Both the position numbers and the translations under genes were made by a program. This document shows, piece after piece, positions 19,901 to 33,000 of a stretch of 64,000 bases of DNA. Each line of letters begins with the position of its first letter. Within the stretch, counting starts at the first letter, position 1. Origin of the DNA: Amphiscolops sp. MND2022 (lineage: Eukaryota); contig OZ076409.1 of the NCBI GenBank assembly GCA_964187785.1, forward strand, positions 22,322,001 to 22,386,000, given 5' to 3'. The notes beneath the pieces are model-generated. The model did not search any database. It had not been told where the DNA came from and saw nothing but the letters and a program-made list of their open reading frames with translations.

Positions 19901-22421
19901 CCCAGCGTTTGACATCTTGAATATCTTGCCCAGCTCTTTCAAGTTCTTCCAAGATCTTGCCAGAACATTACGAGATACATCCCGGTAACGAACTAGCAGG
20001 ATCCTGCTAGCTCGATTGTTGTTCAACCAGGGCGCGAATATTTTTTTGGAAGTTTTACACTTGTCACACATTACACGCATTGATAAGACGTCACACTAGT
20101 TCACACAACTTCGTAAAATGACCAGTTTACACCATCGGAATTTACAGTAATTGACTAGTTTACACCAAACATCATTTCTACGCAACTTGATTGCCTACAC
20201 TGTGCATCTCATTAATACACATTGTTCTGGTAATTACCGTTTGTTCTGGTGAGTTACACAGGCCGACTCATAAATACACTGCTTGATTCGCATACACAAT
20301 ATCAGTCAGTCAATCTAATTACATTAGCAGTACTGTTACTAGTAGTACTAGTAAAAAGACACTGGCAGTGCTAATGGAAGTGCTCACGATAGGGACCCAA
20401 ATTACCAATTTCAATGAATTGATGACCGATCAATTGCCCATTTAGATTATACGTACCTAAGTATTTTTCACTGTCACTAAGAATTTGTGATCAATTTATT
20501 GTTTCGTGATTATTTTTGAAATGATTGTTACCAGTGAAACCCATTTTTGTTTTCTGGTTGATAAATTTCCAAGTTTGTTAGGTTGGTATGTTGGTGATGC
20601 TCAACTTGGAATAGTGACCTAGTTTCAATTGTTTGGGGAGGCTTGAATGGGGGGGCTGTTGTTGGATAAGAAACAGTGTTTTTGTGATGGGAATAAGGCA
20701 CATGGTCCAAACTTCGTTTTTAGTTCAATAATTCATGATTGATATTCCATAAACTATTGTTTTCGGTTCGATAAGGTTTCAACTTCGTATAGACTAATTG
20801 TTACAACTTTTCGTGATGTCGCTCACGACAGGAATCAAAACCGATCCTTTTCAATACCCTGGCTCAAAAAAGCCGGACCAGAATAACAAGTTGATGAATT
20901 TGTTAACCAATCATTCCGGTGACCGTGCTTTGCTCACGACAGGAACCAAAATTGAAATTAGTTGAGCTACTATTGATGAGGGCTGCTTTGAAATGATTTT
21001 TTCTTGAATAGGAAACCCGGTGACAGATCAACCAATTGTTATAATTGTACTAATTAGTAGCTACAAGGTAGGTTATTTACACGTGAATGCGTGGATGAAA
21101 TACACTTGTACACGTGCGCAACTTGCATTGAATGCAGTTTGTACGTACTATGCACGGGACAGCTTAGGTATGATAACTAACTATTTATTGAATCTTTGTT
21201 CACTTTGATTGTTTTACGATGTGGTGGTATGAATTGGAATTAAAATGAACACTGAGTTTTGAATGCCAATAAACATGGTGTAAGTTAGTCAAACTTGGAC
21301 CACTTTCCACTTTCTGCAAATTGCAGATCGCTATACTTGCAATAAGTGGAAGTTAGTCAATGTTTTGAATGAAATACGAAAAAGTGTATTTTTGGACCAA
21401 CTTCCATTTTTCACTAACTATGTGCCTTGTCTAGTTTACACTATTTTCCAATACGCGCGTTGACACAGCTACACCGTTCAGGCATAGACAGTCTTGACTA
21501 ACTTACGCTGAATGACAATTTCACGGATTACACAGATTACGCAGCGTGACTGATATCCATTTTACCGGGATGTGTACCGTAATGAACTTGCAAGATCTTG
21601 CAAGTTCTGGCAAGATCTTCGAAGAAATCCAAGATAGAATCCAAGATCTTGTCAAGATATCCACAATGAAATCCAAGATCTTGTCAAGATATCCAAGTTG
21701 AAATCCAAGATCTTACCAAGAAATCCAAGTTAAATTCCAGGAAAATAATTGTCCAACATGTTGTCCTTCTGAAAGCAACGCTTCCAGAAACTGAACAATG
21801 TCCTTATTCTGATGTGGAGGCTCTCTGCTGATGTAGAGTTTCATAACACATGTGACAGGAATTACGACGAGAACGTGGCCTCCATGGAGTCCCAAAAAGA
21901 ACAGATCAGCAAGTCAAAACCAAACTGAACAAAAAATAACATACAAAACAGAAGTGTCCCGTCTCGGAAAATTTTGAAAAAACAAAACTTGTATCCAGAA
22001 GAAGAGACATCTGAATCTGAAACTACACCAAGTGACGGTTTAGGAAAGTGAACAAGAAAACGTCAATAAAAAATTTGTCGAACATGTAGTTCTTCTGCAA
22101 GCAACGCTTCCAGAAACTGAACAATGTCCTTCCTCTGAGGTGGAGGCTCTCTGCTGATGTGGATTTATATAACACACGTGACAGGACTCAAGATATTCAA
22201 GATGTCAAGGCAAAGTCCAAGATCTTACCAAGATATTCGAGATCAGAGATCTTATCAAGATTTCCAAGATCCAAAATCTTGTCAAAATATCCAAGATGAA
22301 ATCCAAGATCTTACCAAGAAATTCAAGATGTCAAGATAAAATCCAAGATCTTTCCTAGATTTTCAAGAATTCAAGATTTTCTCAAGATATTGACAAGATA
22401 TTCAGGGTTTCAAAAGCTGGG
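19901..22421. mobile_element. Non-autonomous TIR DNA transposon (CCC...GGG ends, EnSpm/CACTA-like) in intron 2
   Basis: TIR CCCAGCGTTTGACATCTTGAATATCTTG vs reverse complement of right end CCCAGCTTTTGAAACCCTGAATATCTTG; inner inverted pair 19946-19988/21562-21604; many CAAGATCTTG-type subterminal repeats; TT on both flanks (2-bp TSD candidate); no transposase ORF. Confidence 0.8.
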
Positions 22422-23520
22422 TTCCGCTGAAGATTTTATGAAATTGATGCAGCGTGGTCCTCTTGCACGTGAGGCGGGTTATCTGCATGCGATTTATTTA
22501 CAATTCAAAGTCCCGGCGAACAACGAATGAACAAATCATTGGTCAACCATTGAAAGAATATACTTCTGGTGTGCGTCGTTTTAAGTGGTGCGAAATTTTT
22601 ATCGAAAAGGGCTTACCTGCGCTACGAATATGGGTGTTTTTCACAGCAACAGGTGGTCCTCAAGTAAGTACGGAAAGGTTGCAAAAACATTGCAATTTCT
22701 GGCAATTTCATGCTCTGGTATTGAACACGTTATCTATTGAGAGGCATCTAGTCGAACAAATGATATTCTCTCTGCGTATTTGTCCTAAATCATGACACAG
22801 ATTTTTGCTATCCGTATCCCCCTTTTGACGATTAATGTGAGCAAATACTAAAACCTAACAGCACAAAATAAATAATGAATATCAGAGTAAATTCGATGTT
22901 AAATACTTCACTACTACAGTGTTGTAGTACTGTAGTAATACGGTCTTTTTCTTTTCTTTTCTTTTCAAAAAAATTGTTTCCATAAACTTCACAATCTCTC
23001 GAGGAGTTCTTTTGAGACGGGCTCATTGAAAAACCGGTGTTCAATCATTCCAAATTTCTTCATAACTTAAGTTGATTCTTGGATGTTTCCCCTGGTGAAG
23101 TTATACGAACACAAATCAAACTTGATGGTACCACTTTTTTTCCGTCATATACAAGTTTTATATTCGCCATAAATAAGTTCCTCGCCATAAATAAGAATCA
23201 TTTTTGAAAATCAATTTTGCGAAGCAAACAATTATTTTGGTCGTTATCTTCGTTTGAAAACTTGTCTCAAATTACAAAATTTCACATGTCAATACAAAAC
23301 GTTATGTCAACTCAATGACTTTAGGAGTTCAATTCAAAATTTTTGATGATTTGCAGAACGAAAGATTGCAAACAACTTGAAATTTTAGTTCATTCGTTTA
23401 ACCAGAGTTTGTCCTACCACTGAAAAAGTGAAGTTTCTGTGATTATCGAAAAACAGTCAATTTAAACATCTGGCTAGAAAACGACAGCCTAACAATGCTA
23501 ATTTTTGGCTTTTTTTCTAG

Positions 23521-23606
23521 CTACACGCCAACCTACAGAGGATTCCAAAGCTTTTATGGGTATTACAACGGAGCAAGTGACTATTTTGATCACAGATCCT
23601 ATGAAG
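23521..23606 (+). CDS. ARSB: Arylsulfatase exon 3 (3' end 23606 or 23619)
   Basis: After ttttttctAG: (N)YTPTYRGFQSFYGYYNGASDYFDHRSYE, phase matches exon 2; too short for the ORF track. Confidence 0.88.
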
Positions 23607-23944
23607 GAATGGATTTCTGGTTTCCCAAATAGTCAACTGCCGTAAAATAAATGGTTGTAACTTTGCAAAAAATGCACAATATTTTACTTGGAATGCGGTG
23701 AAGACATGAAATCATGTGCGAGTGAAATATTAATCCAGCAACCGTTTCCCAAATCCTTCATTTGATTAAAAGTTTACTCAATCGTTAATTTCGTCATATC
23801 AATTTAAAACTAAAAGACAATTTTTGGAGACCTGAGAAGGAAGCCTAATTGAGTGCTTGTACTTCTAGGAAAGCGCCTCACTTTGGTACTTTCTACTTCA
23901 TATACTGTACTTTGAGAAAAATTGGTTCTGAAAAGTTTCGGTGC

Positions 23945-24657
23945 TGTAACGATAAGCGCTGGCGCTTGAACCGCAACGTAGAGTGGAGGAACTAGAACAG
24001 CGAATGTAATCCGGGACTTAGATCTCCGCGGCCCTAGCTCATTTTCCCTCCGAAGGAGCCAGTCCCAAGGTGGGGGAACCGTCTTGTTGGAAACTCTCTG
24101 GCCTGGTCCTAGTCTGTAACTGCTAAAAGTAACGGGCATCTTGCATGTCTCAAGACCACTGCTCAATTAGCCTTTAAAAAGGGGGCTGAAAACAGGAGGA
24201 TGTTGAGCCATAGTATTGGAGAATCTGATAAAATCGACATCAAAAAGGGTAACTACAGATGTAAATGGGCAGCTCTCGAGCATATCAATCTACTACAACA
24301 AGGAAAGCACAATAAGCATAACAGTATTAGAAGTTTGAGTTATTTAACAAGAGCGAATCGACCATGGCTTCCCAGCGCTAGCGCTCGTCACCGCACCGGA
24401 CACCGCAGGATCTTCAGGCGAGCATCTGGAACACCGGTTTCTGTTACCTATGTAGTGTAAACGCCAAAGATGGGCACATCACCGTGTTCTAGGGACTGCT
24501 TTTTACGTCTTCTCTTCTCGTCGTCTCTCGCGGGGGCGATTTCTGATTTCTGATCTGCTTTTCTGACAGGTCTTTCGTCTGGAGCATGTTTGAGTGCCAC
24601 GTCAGATTTGAACGAATTTTTGCTTCGAAAATTTTGACATGGGCAGTTGCCGTTACA
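23945..24657 (-). repeat. Gypsy 3' LTR
   Basis: No difference seen by eye versus 42116-42828; purine-rich GAAGCCCGGGGAGTGA (minus strand, 24658-24673) directly upstream as PPT. Confidence 0.97.
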
Positions 24658-25424
24658 TCACTCCCCGGGCTTCTGGCTTGTCGTCCCTGGCAAGCGGCAT
24701 CTGGCCTCGTCTGGAAAAGGCATCGCAGTGACTGCTGGGAACCATCATCCACACCACAGGGGACAAGGACGAGTCCTCGTTTTTCAGCAACTATTTTTGG
24801 CAAATTTCGCGGTTTTTTTCAAGGAAAATTTTACTGCCTAGTATTTTTTACAAATTGCAAACGAGGTTTTAGCACCAGCTCGAGAGCTAAGGTTTTCAGT
24901 CGGTTAAAACTCGTTTGGGCAAGCAGTTTTCGCTAAAAACTCTTTTGCGACCAAGGTCAGCTAAGATCTCCTTTTTTATGCAACTAGACATTTACAGTTT
25001 TCGGTCAATTTCGGACAACGTAAAACTTCTTTTGGGAGGGCGCCGCTTCGGCTACTCCTTAGACAGTCGATAGAAGATGCTTGAACACCAAAACACAAGG
25101 AAAAACGGCAAAAATCGTAACTAAAAGGCTAAGACTTTTTCTTGACTATGGCAACTCAAAAACACCGCGAACGGTGCGCAACAGAAATAACAGTTTTTCT
25201 TTGGTAATTCTTTTTTACTTTTGTAGGCGAAGCAGCTGGGGCAGGCGCACACTATTGGCCGTACACCCAGCGCATTACTAACAGTACAGTAACTAAGTAA
25301 TAACTATGAACAAAAAATTGCACCATGTACGGGTAGCACCGGTTAAAGCGATAAGTTTGAAGGCACAGTTTCGGCAGAGTTTAGAGTCTATAGGGAGCGC
25401 GAACGCTCCCATTGGCGGCAGGGT

Positions 25425-28400
25425 TTATTGGGCTGAGCTGCGTCGAGCTCGATTCTTTATGGCATCATCGGGAGTTCCTGGATTGCTGGCATCTTCCGAC
25501 GCATCTGACGCTCTACGTTGAGCAGGAACCACAGTAACTACTGTTTCCGAGTCTGATAGGTCTTCTGGGAGCGTTAAATCGGCGATCGGCTGCACCAGGA
25601 TAGTGTTGGGGGTCAGTTCCGCGGCGTGTTCTCCGGTTTGGGGTTGCGATGACTGAGGACTGGCCTGTGTCGATGGTGGACTCACAGGCTCTGGCTGCAG
25701 AATATGAGTAGGCAAATCCAGAGTCACGGGCCGGTCGGTGGGCTGACTTAGTGACATGGCCATTGTGGGTGCCAGCATGGCAGGCGCGAACGCCTGTTGT
25801 CTCTCGAGTTCAGCTCTACTCTCCACGGCCAAGGATATTCGTTTGGAGACCCAGCCAGGCTGTCTCCAGAGCTCGCAAGCTCGCTTCCATTTTGGGAAGC
25901 TGGCAATCTCCAGCTCCAAGCAATGTCCTTCCCACTCTGCGCGGGCTTCGGGGCCTAGCACGGAATTGATCTCATCGTGTTGGACGATGGACATATCCCC
26001 TGACATCGTCATCTTGGCCTGCGGTCGCCAGGCAGCTCTTCTAGGGAACGGAGTCACGCGGCTTTGCAGGTTCCTCTGACGAGTCTGAGCTGCTCCTTCA
26101 ATCCAGTTTGGGATCTGAGCCAATTCCATTTACTGGATTTGTCGATTGAAGGCTTCAGGGGCGCGACCAACGGGTTTTGCTCTGGGCCATCCCAGTGGCT
26201 CCTTCCAGTAGTGATTTGGGAAGGTGATGCAGTTGAAGGCGTACAGGGGATCTATTGGTGGACCAGCACTAGTGCTGGCACGGATCACCTTGCGTATAAA
26301 CTCCTGCGACCAAGGGAATCTAAAGGGGACTCCATTCAGGCTGAGAGGCGCGGAGTACCAGTTGACTGGGCCGTATTCTCGTGGCAAAGGGCACGCTTTT
26401 CGTGTGCGGGCACGCAATAGACCCATCAAGTTCTCTTCCAGCTGTTTCTCCGACTTCAAGGTGGTGTACCCATGCGGCATCTCGCCACTCAATACAGCCT
26501 GCACAATGCGCTGATAGGTCAGTGGGGGGCGTCCTTGGAGATAGGTGCAGAAGGAGACCATGTGCACCTGCACTGCTCTCGCCAGTGGTTTGGTGGGATA
26601 CTGGCACACACCGACCGCACCGAAGATTGGGGCCAGGACGGAAGCCATAACGGCCACGAAGTCCTCACTTCGGCCAGAGTCAAATCGGCGATTTGCTGGG
26701 GCATAGGGAATCCCGTCGTTTCCGCAGGGAGTTGACGCTCGGAATTGTGGAGGGGTTGCGATTGATCCACGCCTACGAATAAGCCAGAGGCGAACACTAG
26801 GGTGGAATACAACCAATGTTGGAGGGACGCACGCATGCGTTCCAGCTGGGTGACATAATCTTGCTGGTCCTTGGTATTTAGGAGATGACCCCATCGAGTT
26901 AGGCTGCGTAGCTGTCCCTGCGCGAGGATCAGGTAGCTGTAAAAGGTGACTAGATCACTGGATACTACCAGCTCGACTAACATAGCCAGGGGACCTGCCA
27001 CAAACTTCGTCGGGCCCATGGTTAGCGCGAGCGCTAACATCTCTCCTACAGTAGTTTCGCCGATGGTTTCCAACAATTTGTCAGTCTGCACATTGGTGAG
27101 CAAGTACTCAGAGGCTATTACGTCAATGTTCCAGCCTAGTCCGAGACTGGTACAAAAGGCTTCCAAGGGACAGTTAAGCTCTTGAGCTACCTCGGCCAAG
27201 GTCCTGTCCACGAATCTGGACTGATACCATTCGGCATACGTTATTCCGGCGGCATCTACTTCAGTCTTCAAGTTGGTCGCCTCCACAGCCACGACGTACC
27301 TCATGCTCACGGGCAACCTGACAGGCTCTATTCCCGCGGCAAACCGAATTTGGGGGATGGTCCTTTCGACCGTGCGTGTGGCAGGCCAGGTTTCAATTTC
27401 CTTCACGAGCTCTGCCAGCTCTGCTCGTACGGGAATTTCTTTGTCTTTCCGCCCCAACCAGTTGTATCGTCGAACGGCCTCTCGCTCACTCATGTTAGAT
27501 GCTCGCATGACGCGATTCCCGTCCAAGTCGAAGGCCATTCGCCCCATACACATTCCATGATCGAACAGTATGGCGTCGTCGATAGTCAGTTGTGCATTTC
27601 CTGATCGTTCCACAGCGATTAGCACTCTTGATACAGCAGCAAAGAAGGCGGGGTATGACAATGCATCGGGGCGTAGGTCTCCGCGATCAACCCGAAGATT
27701 TGGCGCACATATAGCAAACTCGATTCGGCGCGCCTTGCATACCTCAGACAAGATGTACACAAACTGCTGCAAGCTTCGTTGCCAATACATGAATCCCGGC
27801 GGGGATGTGAAGAGCGCGAGCGCTCCCAGACGACCCCGAAGGATCCCTGCTGCACGCTCCATTGCGTCCGCAACCACGTTTACTAAGGTCGCCACATTCC
27901 CAGGTCTACGGGTATCTGCCATGAGGGCATCCAGGTTGTGTAGCAGTCCTTCACAAGCCATGTGGTCGATCAAGTTGGTGAAGACTACACGTCGCGGGGG
28001 CGGCTCTCTTAGGGACCCTCTCAGATTTGGGTCGTACATAACCGCGACCATCTCTGCAACCTCGGCGAAGCGGGAGAGTGGCATTGTTAACACCAGCACA
28101 TCGGGCAGAAGGTTATCGATGGGCAGATCACTCTTGAATGTCGAGTCTACCGCTACACAATAGCGCGCACGCTGCAGAGCTGCTTTCAGGAGGGGCTTCA
28201 TCGACCTGATATTGCGAGCGTAGCGGGCGTTTGCTTCCCAGGTTTCTCCTTCGTGCAATATGTACCTGGCGGGAAAATGCTCGGTGAGGTCGTGCTGCAG
28301 GCGAGCCATGTAGTTGTTGGTTGTGGCGGGCAGTTGCTCTCGAGCACGCTGTTCCCAGGCTTGCTCACTTAGCTCCGCATCACGGGCACGTAGCGATCGA

Positions 28401-29704
28401 GTTATTTGAGCCGCAATGGTGATTCTGCTCACCTCTCTTTGCTCGGCGTCCGACGGCGGTGCTCTCCTTCTAATCGCACATGTGTTCGGGTGCAAACACT
28501 CTGCTGCCATCCAGATGCGTTTGCTATCGCTAGTTACCACGGAGCCGGATACATCATCTGACGGGGGAAGAAAGGCGGGAGGAGTGGTCTCTTCGACTGT
28601 CTCGGGCACCTCCAGGGACATGTTGGCAGAGCCTGTGCCCAAGGGCACAGGATTCGTTTCAGGATTCGCATCCACACTGCCGTAGCGGTTAATGGCCTCT
28701 TCCAGGGACATTTGAGGCGCGCCTACGCCCAGGTGGCCGACGCGATATGGAGGCCTCACGACCACTACACTCTTCATTTGCGATTGCTGGGGTACATCTG
28801 CTCGCTTGTCCGGAGGGGGACGACTGGTCGGACTGTCGGTCACGGAATTATGGCGTGTAGCGACGATGTTTTCCTCAGTAAGTCGCTTCCGTCCAGTTTC
28901 CTCACGGGGATAGGTTATGGCGCCGGTGCTTGGTCCAGCCGTGGTTTCTGCTTCCATAGACACAGCTTCGGCTAGGGTGGTGGGTGGGGTGACACAGCCC
29001 GAGGGCTGAGCTGCGGCTTGCAAGTAGTGTGCCAATCCGGGAATCCTTTGCACAACTGCACGAACGAAGTCAGAGGAGTTGGGGTAGTTGGCGACCGCTT
29101 GCAGCGCCACAATCACCGCTTGCTCGCTGGCACTCCGTCCGATAAGATTTAGATTAGGCACTGATGGCAGTTGGGACCCCGAGGGCTCCCGACTTGAGGC
29201 TGGTTGATTGGTAGTGTTTTGCGTCGTCGTTGCCTGGGTTCCATACGGTGCCCCATAAGCAATCGAGCTAGAATGCGGCGTCATCTGCACTGGATTTGGT
29301 GCCGAAATGGAAGGCAGTGATGGGACGTTGACGGGCATCATACGCAGTGATGCTTCTTGTTCGAATCTGGTGCCCTGGCTAGGGCCATGCACTGCGATTG
29401 ATCTTTCGTCCAAGAACTGGTGAGTCAAGTCGTGCCCATCCCAGGCATTGTTGGTGCACGTCAAGGTGCGACGATAGCCTGCCACCTCCGTAGTGATTGA
29501 CAAGGATGCATTTGGCAGCATTTGCATCGATTCAAGCTGGGTCAGTAAGGCAGCCACCCCAGCTACGGCTACTGGCGAAAGACCGTCCCGCAGCCTTTCT
29601 TCGACATATAGGGCCTGATTGACCCTCTGCGCACGCGCAGATTCCTGGGGCCTTGCACTATTAGACCCTGTTGCAGGCACTGAACTGTTTGGGCAATGGG
29701 CCAT
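25425..29704 (-). pseudogene. Extra ORF3 downstream of pol (~1420 codons), SGNH-hydrolase-like central domain; one frameshift (~26665) and one stop (26130-26132)
   Basis: ORFs 26519..29704, 26130..26894 and 25425..26129 join into one reading frame; motifs VAVDS, FTNLIDH, DLRP; no signal peptide or env-like architecture. Confidence 0.75.
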
Positions 29705-30005
29705 TATTGCATAGGTCTAAAAAGGACCACTGTTAGACTTACAGGGGCAAGTTCTCTCTGGAGCGAGCCGTGGGCCGGTTCGTCCTTCAATTGCAGCAAT
29801 GCAACATCGGCTCCGTAAGGGGGCCACTACAAACTTAAAATTTAACTCTAACTAACTAACGAACTAGAACAAAACCTTTGAGTAAACAACATGACAAGTT
29901 AACATCTCGAGAGCATTTCAAGACTCTTCCAAGGTTGTTACAAGAATTGTTACCAAGACAAAGACTGAGGGCAAAGGAAAAATGGGGACAACTAAATTAA
30001 TAAGG

Positions 30006-33000
30006 CTACTCCAGCCCTATAGTTACTATTGATACATATACGCGGCTATGCAAAACCACGCGAATACCAGTACCCTCGAACATGTTCGTTAGAGTATGGT
30101 ACAGATTGACCAACGAGAAAGCCGGTCTCTCGGGGTCCAGAATGGGTAAGTGGACCCGTGTGGATCCTTTATCTATCAGGCGCTGTATCAAGTACGTCAT
30201 GCAACGCAAGTAGTCATCGGTCAGCAGCGGTGCGCGCTGGTTAGCACGGACTATTAACAGGTGAATACTTTGGTTAGGGTTGGGGTTCACATCAGGCGGG
30301 ATAGTGAGAATCTCGCCCACTTTAGGTCGTAAGGCAAATACATCTTCTATGCCGCACTCCCGCAGCACATATCGCAGGGCGGCAGAGTTGGTCTTTAGGT
30401 CAGCAGGGCATGCTAACACTATGTCGCCCTCGGCCTGCAAGAAATCAGATTCATCGTAAGAGACATTATCGGCTGAATTCGGATACAGGGCTCCCGGGTA
30501 AACAATCTCTCGTCCGGGACCATTATCGGAGGGCAGACACACGCGAGGCGTACGCCCTTGGACTGCAGCCAGGTCTTGCCACACTGAGCGGGGCATCGCT
30601 CGATTGTCGCTGCCGGCCTTTACCCACGCATCTAAAGTTCCCAGGGCGGCTTTGGGGAACAAGGGGATCTCGAAGGTGTGAGTCCACTCGTCTAATAGTC
30701 GAATTCTGGGATAGGTGGCGAAACATGTGATAATTAATTCCAGCCACCACGCAAACTTCATCTTGCCTCGGTACCAGTCTATGATATGGAAGCAAAGTAT
30801 TAAGTCCACAGTGGTGAGGGTCCTCAGACTCTCTAGACAGGATAACAGATTCAACGGTTCCACCAACGCCTCCACTCGTGGAGCTGTTACCAGCAGCCAC
30901 CAGTGAGGAGCCGGGCTGTATACCCCTCCTGGTTCCACCTGGACTCCATACTTGTCGCATAACAAGTCGGCAGTGATGCATCGGGCCATCTGCACAGGTT
31001 CCCTTTCAAAATTGAATGGTCCAAACGCAATATTGCTGGGCACAGGGGGCAACACCGTGGGCAGGGTAAACTCCAGGCCCTTTCCATCGCTAGTCCACTC
31101 CTTAAACCTAGGACAAGGGGCCTTCGCTACCCCGGGCAGTGACAACTTCTCCAGGATAGTGTCCACAGGGTGGTCTCCGGACCGCTCTACAGCCGAGTAG
31201 GTTTTCTCGGCCCGCACCGTGAGGCGGTACACCAAGTTTTCTCTCTCTTCCGGAGGAACTCCCCGGGCTCCAATGGGAACCCTCCGGTTCTCATTCACAG
31301 CTAATAAGCAGACACAATCTCGCAGCCCGCAGGTTCCACATTTGTAGCGCGGCTGCCGTTTACTCCTTAGTTGATACCTAGGAGCAGTTGCAGATGCCTC
31401 TGTTAGCGTCTCTGCAGTTCTGGGAGCTTCCGTTTCGGCCTGGATCGCAGTTTCGGTTTCGGCATTTCTCGGTGTTTCTTTCTTCCTCGTCCTTGCCTTC
31501 GCTCGGATCAGCCGTTTCTTCTGTGCCTTGGGTGGTCTCCCCCTCCCCCTTTTAAAAGAAGGAGCGGTCCCCGCTCCTGGCGAAGTCTCGGGAACTTCAG
31601 GCAGATCGGGCTGAACGTTGCTGTCGCTGCTGGCAGATTTGAGAGGAATCGGAGGGGCGGTCGGCCATATGGGATAGTTACTAAGAAAATTGGTTAGCGA
31701 GGGATTCGTCAACAAGGATGCTGAGGTTCCTGGTAACGATGTTTCTTTTTCGGAGGAGGATATCTGTGGAGACGGTGAGCGCACGCGCTCATGGTCAGAG
31801 AACAGTTGAGGTAGTACACGGGCAGGGGATATCGACTGATCCAACGCAGTCGGAGGAGCCGCAGGCTCCACTAGATCCTCGTCAACTGGAGGTATCGGCA
31901 ACATGGCATCGGATAGTTCGTCGTCTGTACCTGAGGTGGAATAGTCAAATTGCTGATAATGCGGGCGGGAGCCGCCTGCGCGAAGTTTCGTGCGTAGTCG
32001 AGTGTCCATCCAGTGACGTCGACGTGAGGGCAAAGATGCATCGGACGCTTCTGAAAGTAGTTGTTCGGGTTTATACGACGATAGAGACTTGTCGTCATCA
32101 ACTACGTCGACGGAACGTTCAGGTTCGGGGTCCATAAGGACCACCACCTCACCACTGTCCGTGTGTGCAGTAGCAAGTTCAAGTGGGCCACTGTGGTGCG
32201 GTTTAAGACGCTCAAAATGAACCTTTTGACCTGTGTCTAGCACATAGACACGACCGTCCTGAAAGACTTGCACAACCTTGTGCGGGCCTCGCCAAGCACG
32301 CATCAATTTCGGGGAACCCTTTTGCGGTACGTAGCGGCAAAATACCCAGACGAGCTCGCCTACTTGGTAAGCTCGCGCTTGTATAGCACGGTCGTACTTC
32401 AACTTTTGACGCAATTGGGCTTGGTGCGTGTTACGCCGTACCAAGTCATGTATTTCCTGCTGGCGAGCCAATACATGATCGACATACGCCTCATGCGACT
32501 CGAATGATTTGGCTGCAAATTCGGGATACAAGAACGTGAGAGGGATTGCCTTCTCTACACCACGGGTCAGCATGTAGGGTGAGAAGCCAGTGGTGGCGTG
32601 CCTCGTAGAGTTGTAGGCGCCCATGACCTCATCAAGACATTGGTCCCAGTCGCGCATACGGCGGGAGCAAAAAACTCGCAGTAGGGTTAACAGCGTCCGA
32701 TTTTGACGCTCCACCAAGCCTTGGGTTCTCGGATGGCTAGCCGTAGAGGTTACTTTGGTAACGTGGGCTGCTTTTAGGAATTCGTTGGACACCTCAGCAG
32801 TCAAATTTGGAGCATTGTCAGATTGCATTCTAGTGGGTGTGCCATGACGGGCGAACCACTTTTGCAGCAGCAACCGAGAGGTAGTCACAGCGTCGTAGTC
32901 GTGATGACTACAGGGACTGCTTCCGCGAACTTGGAGAAATGGTCAATTATGACCAAGATGCCAGTGTTATTACTGTCTGAGGGGCAGATCTTCAGATGAT

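Noticed and set aside
21590..22400. CRISPR-like array from CAAGATCTTG repeats
   Set aside because: Irregular short repeats without unique spacers or cas genes, in a eukaryotic intron, inside TIRs.
23810..24936. ORFs overlapping the Gypsy LTRs (also 42113-42905)
   Set aside because: Duplicated only because the LTRs are; no motifs, several cross the element boundary.
25425..29704. env gene
   Set aside because: No signal peptide, furin site plus fusion peptide, or C-terminal TM anchor recognised.
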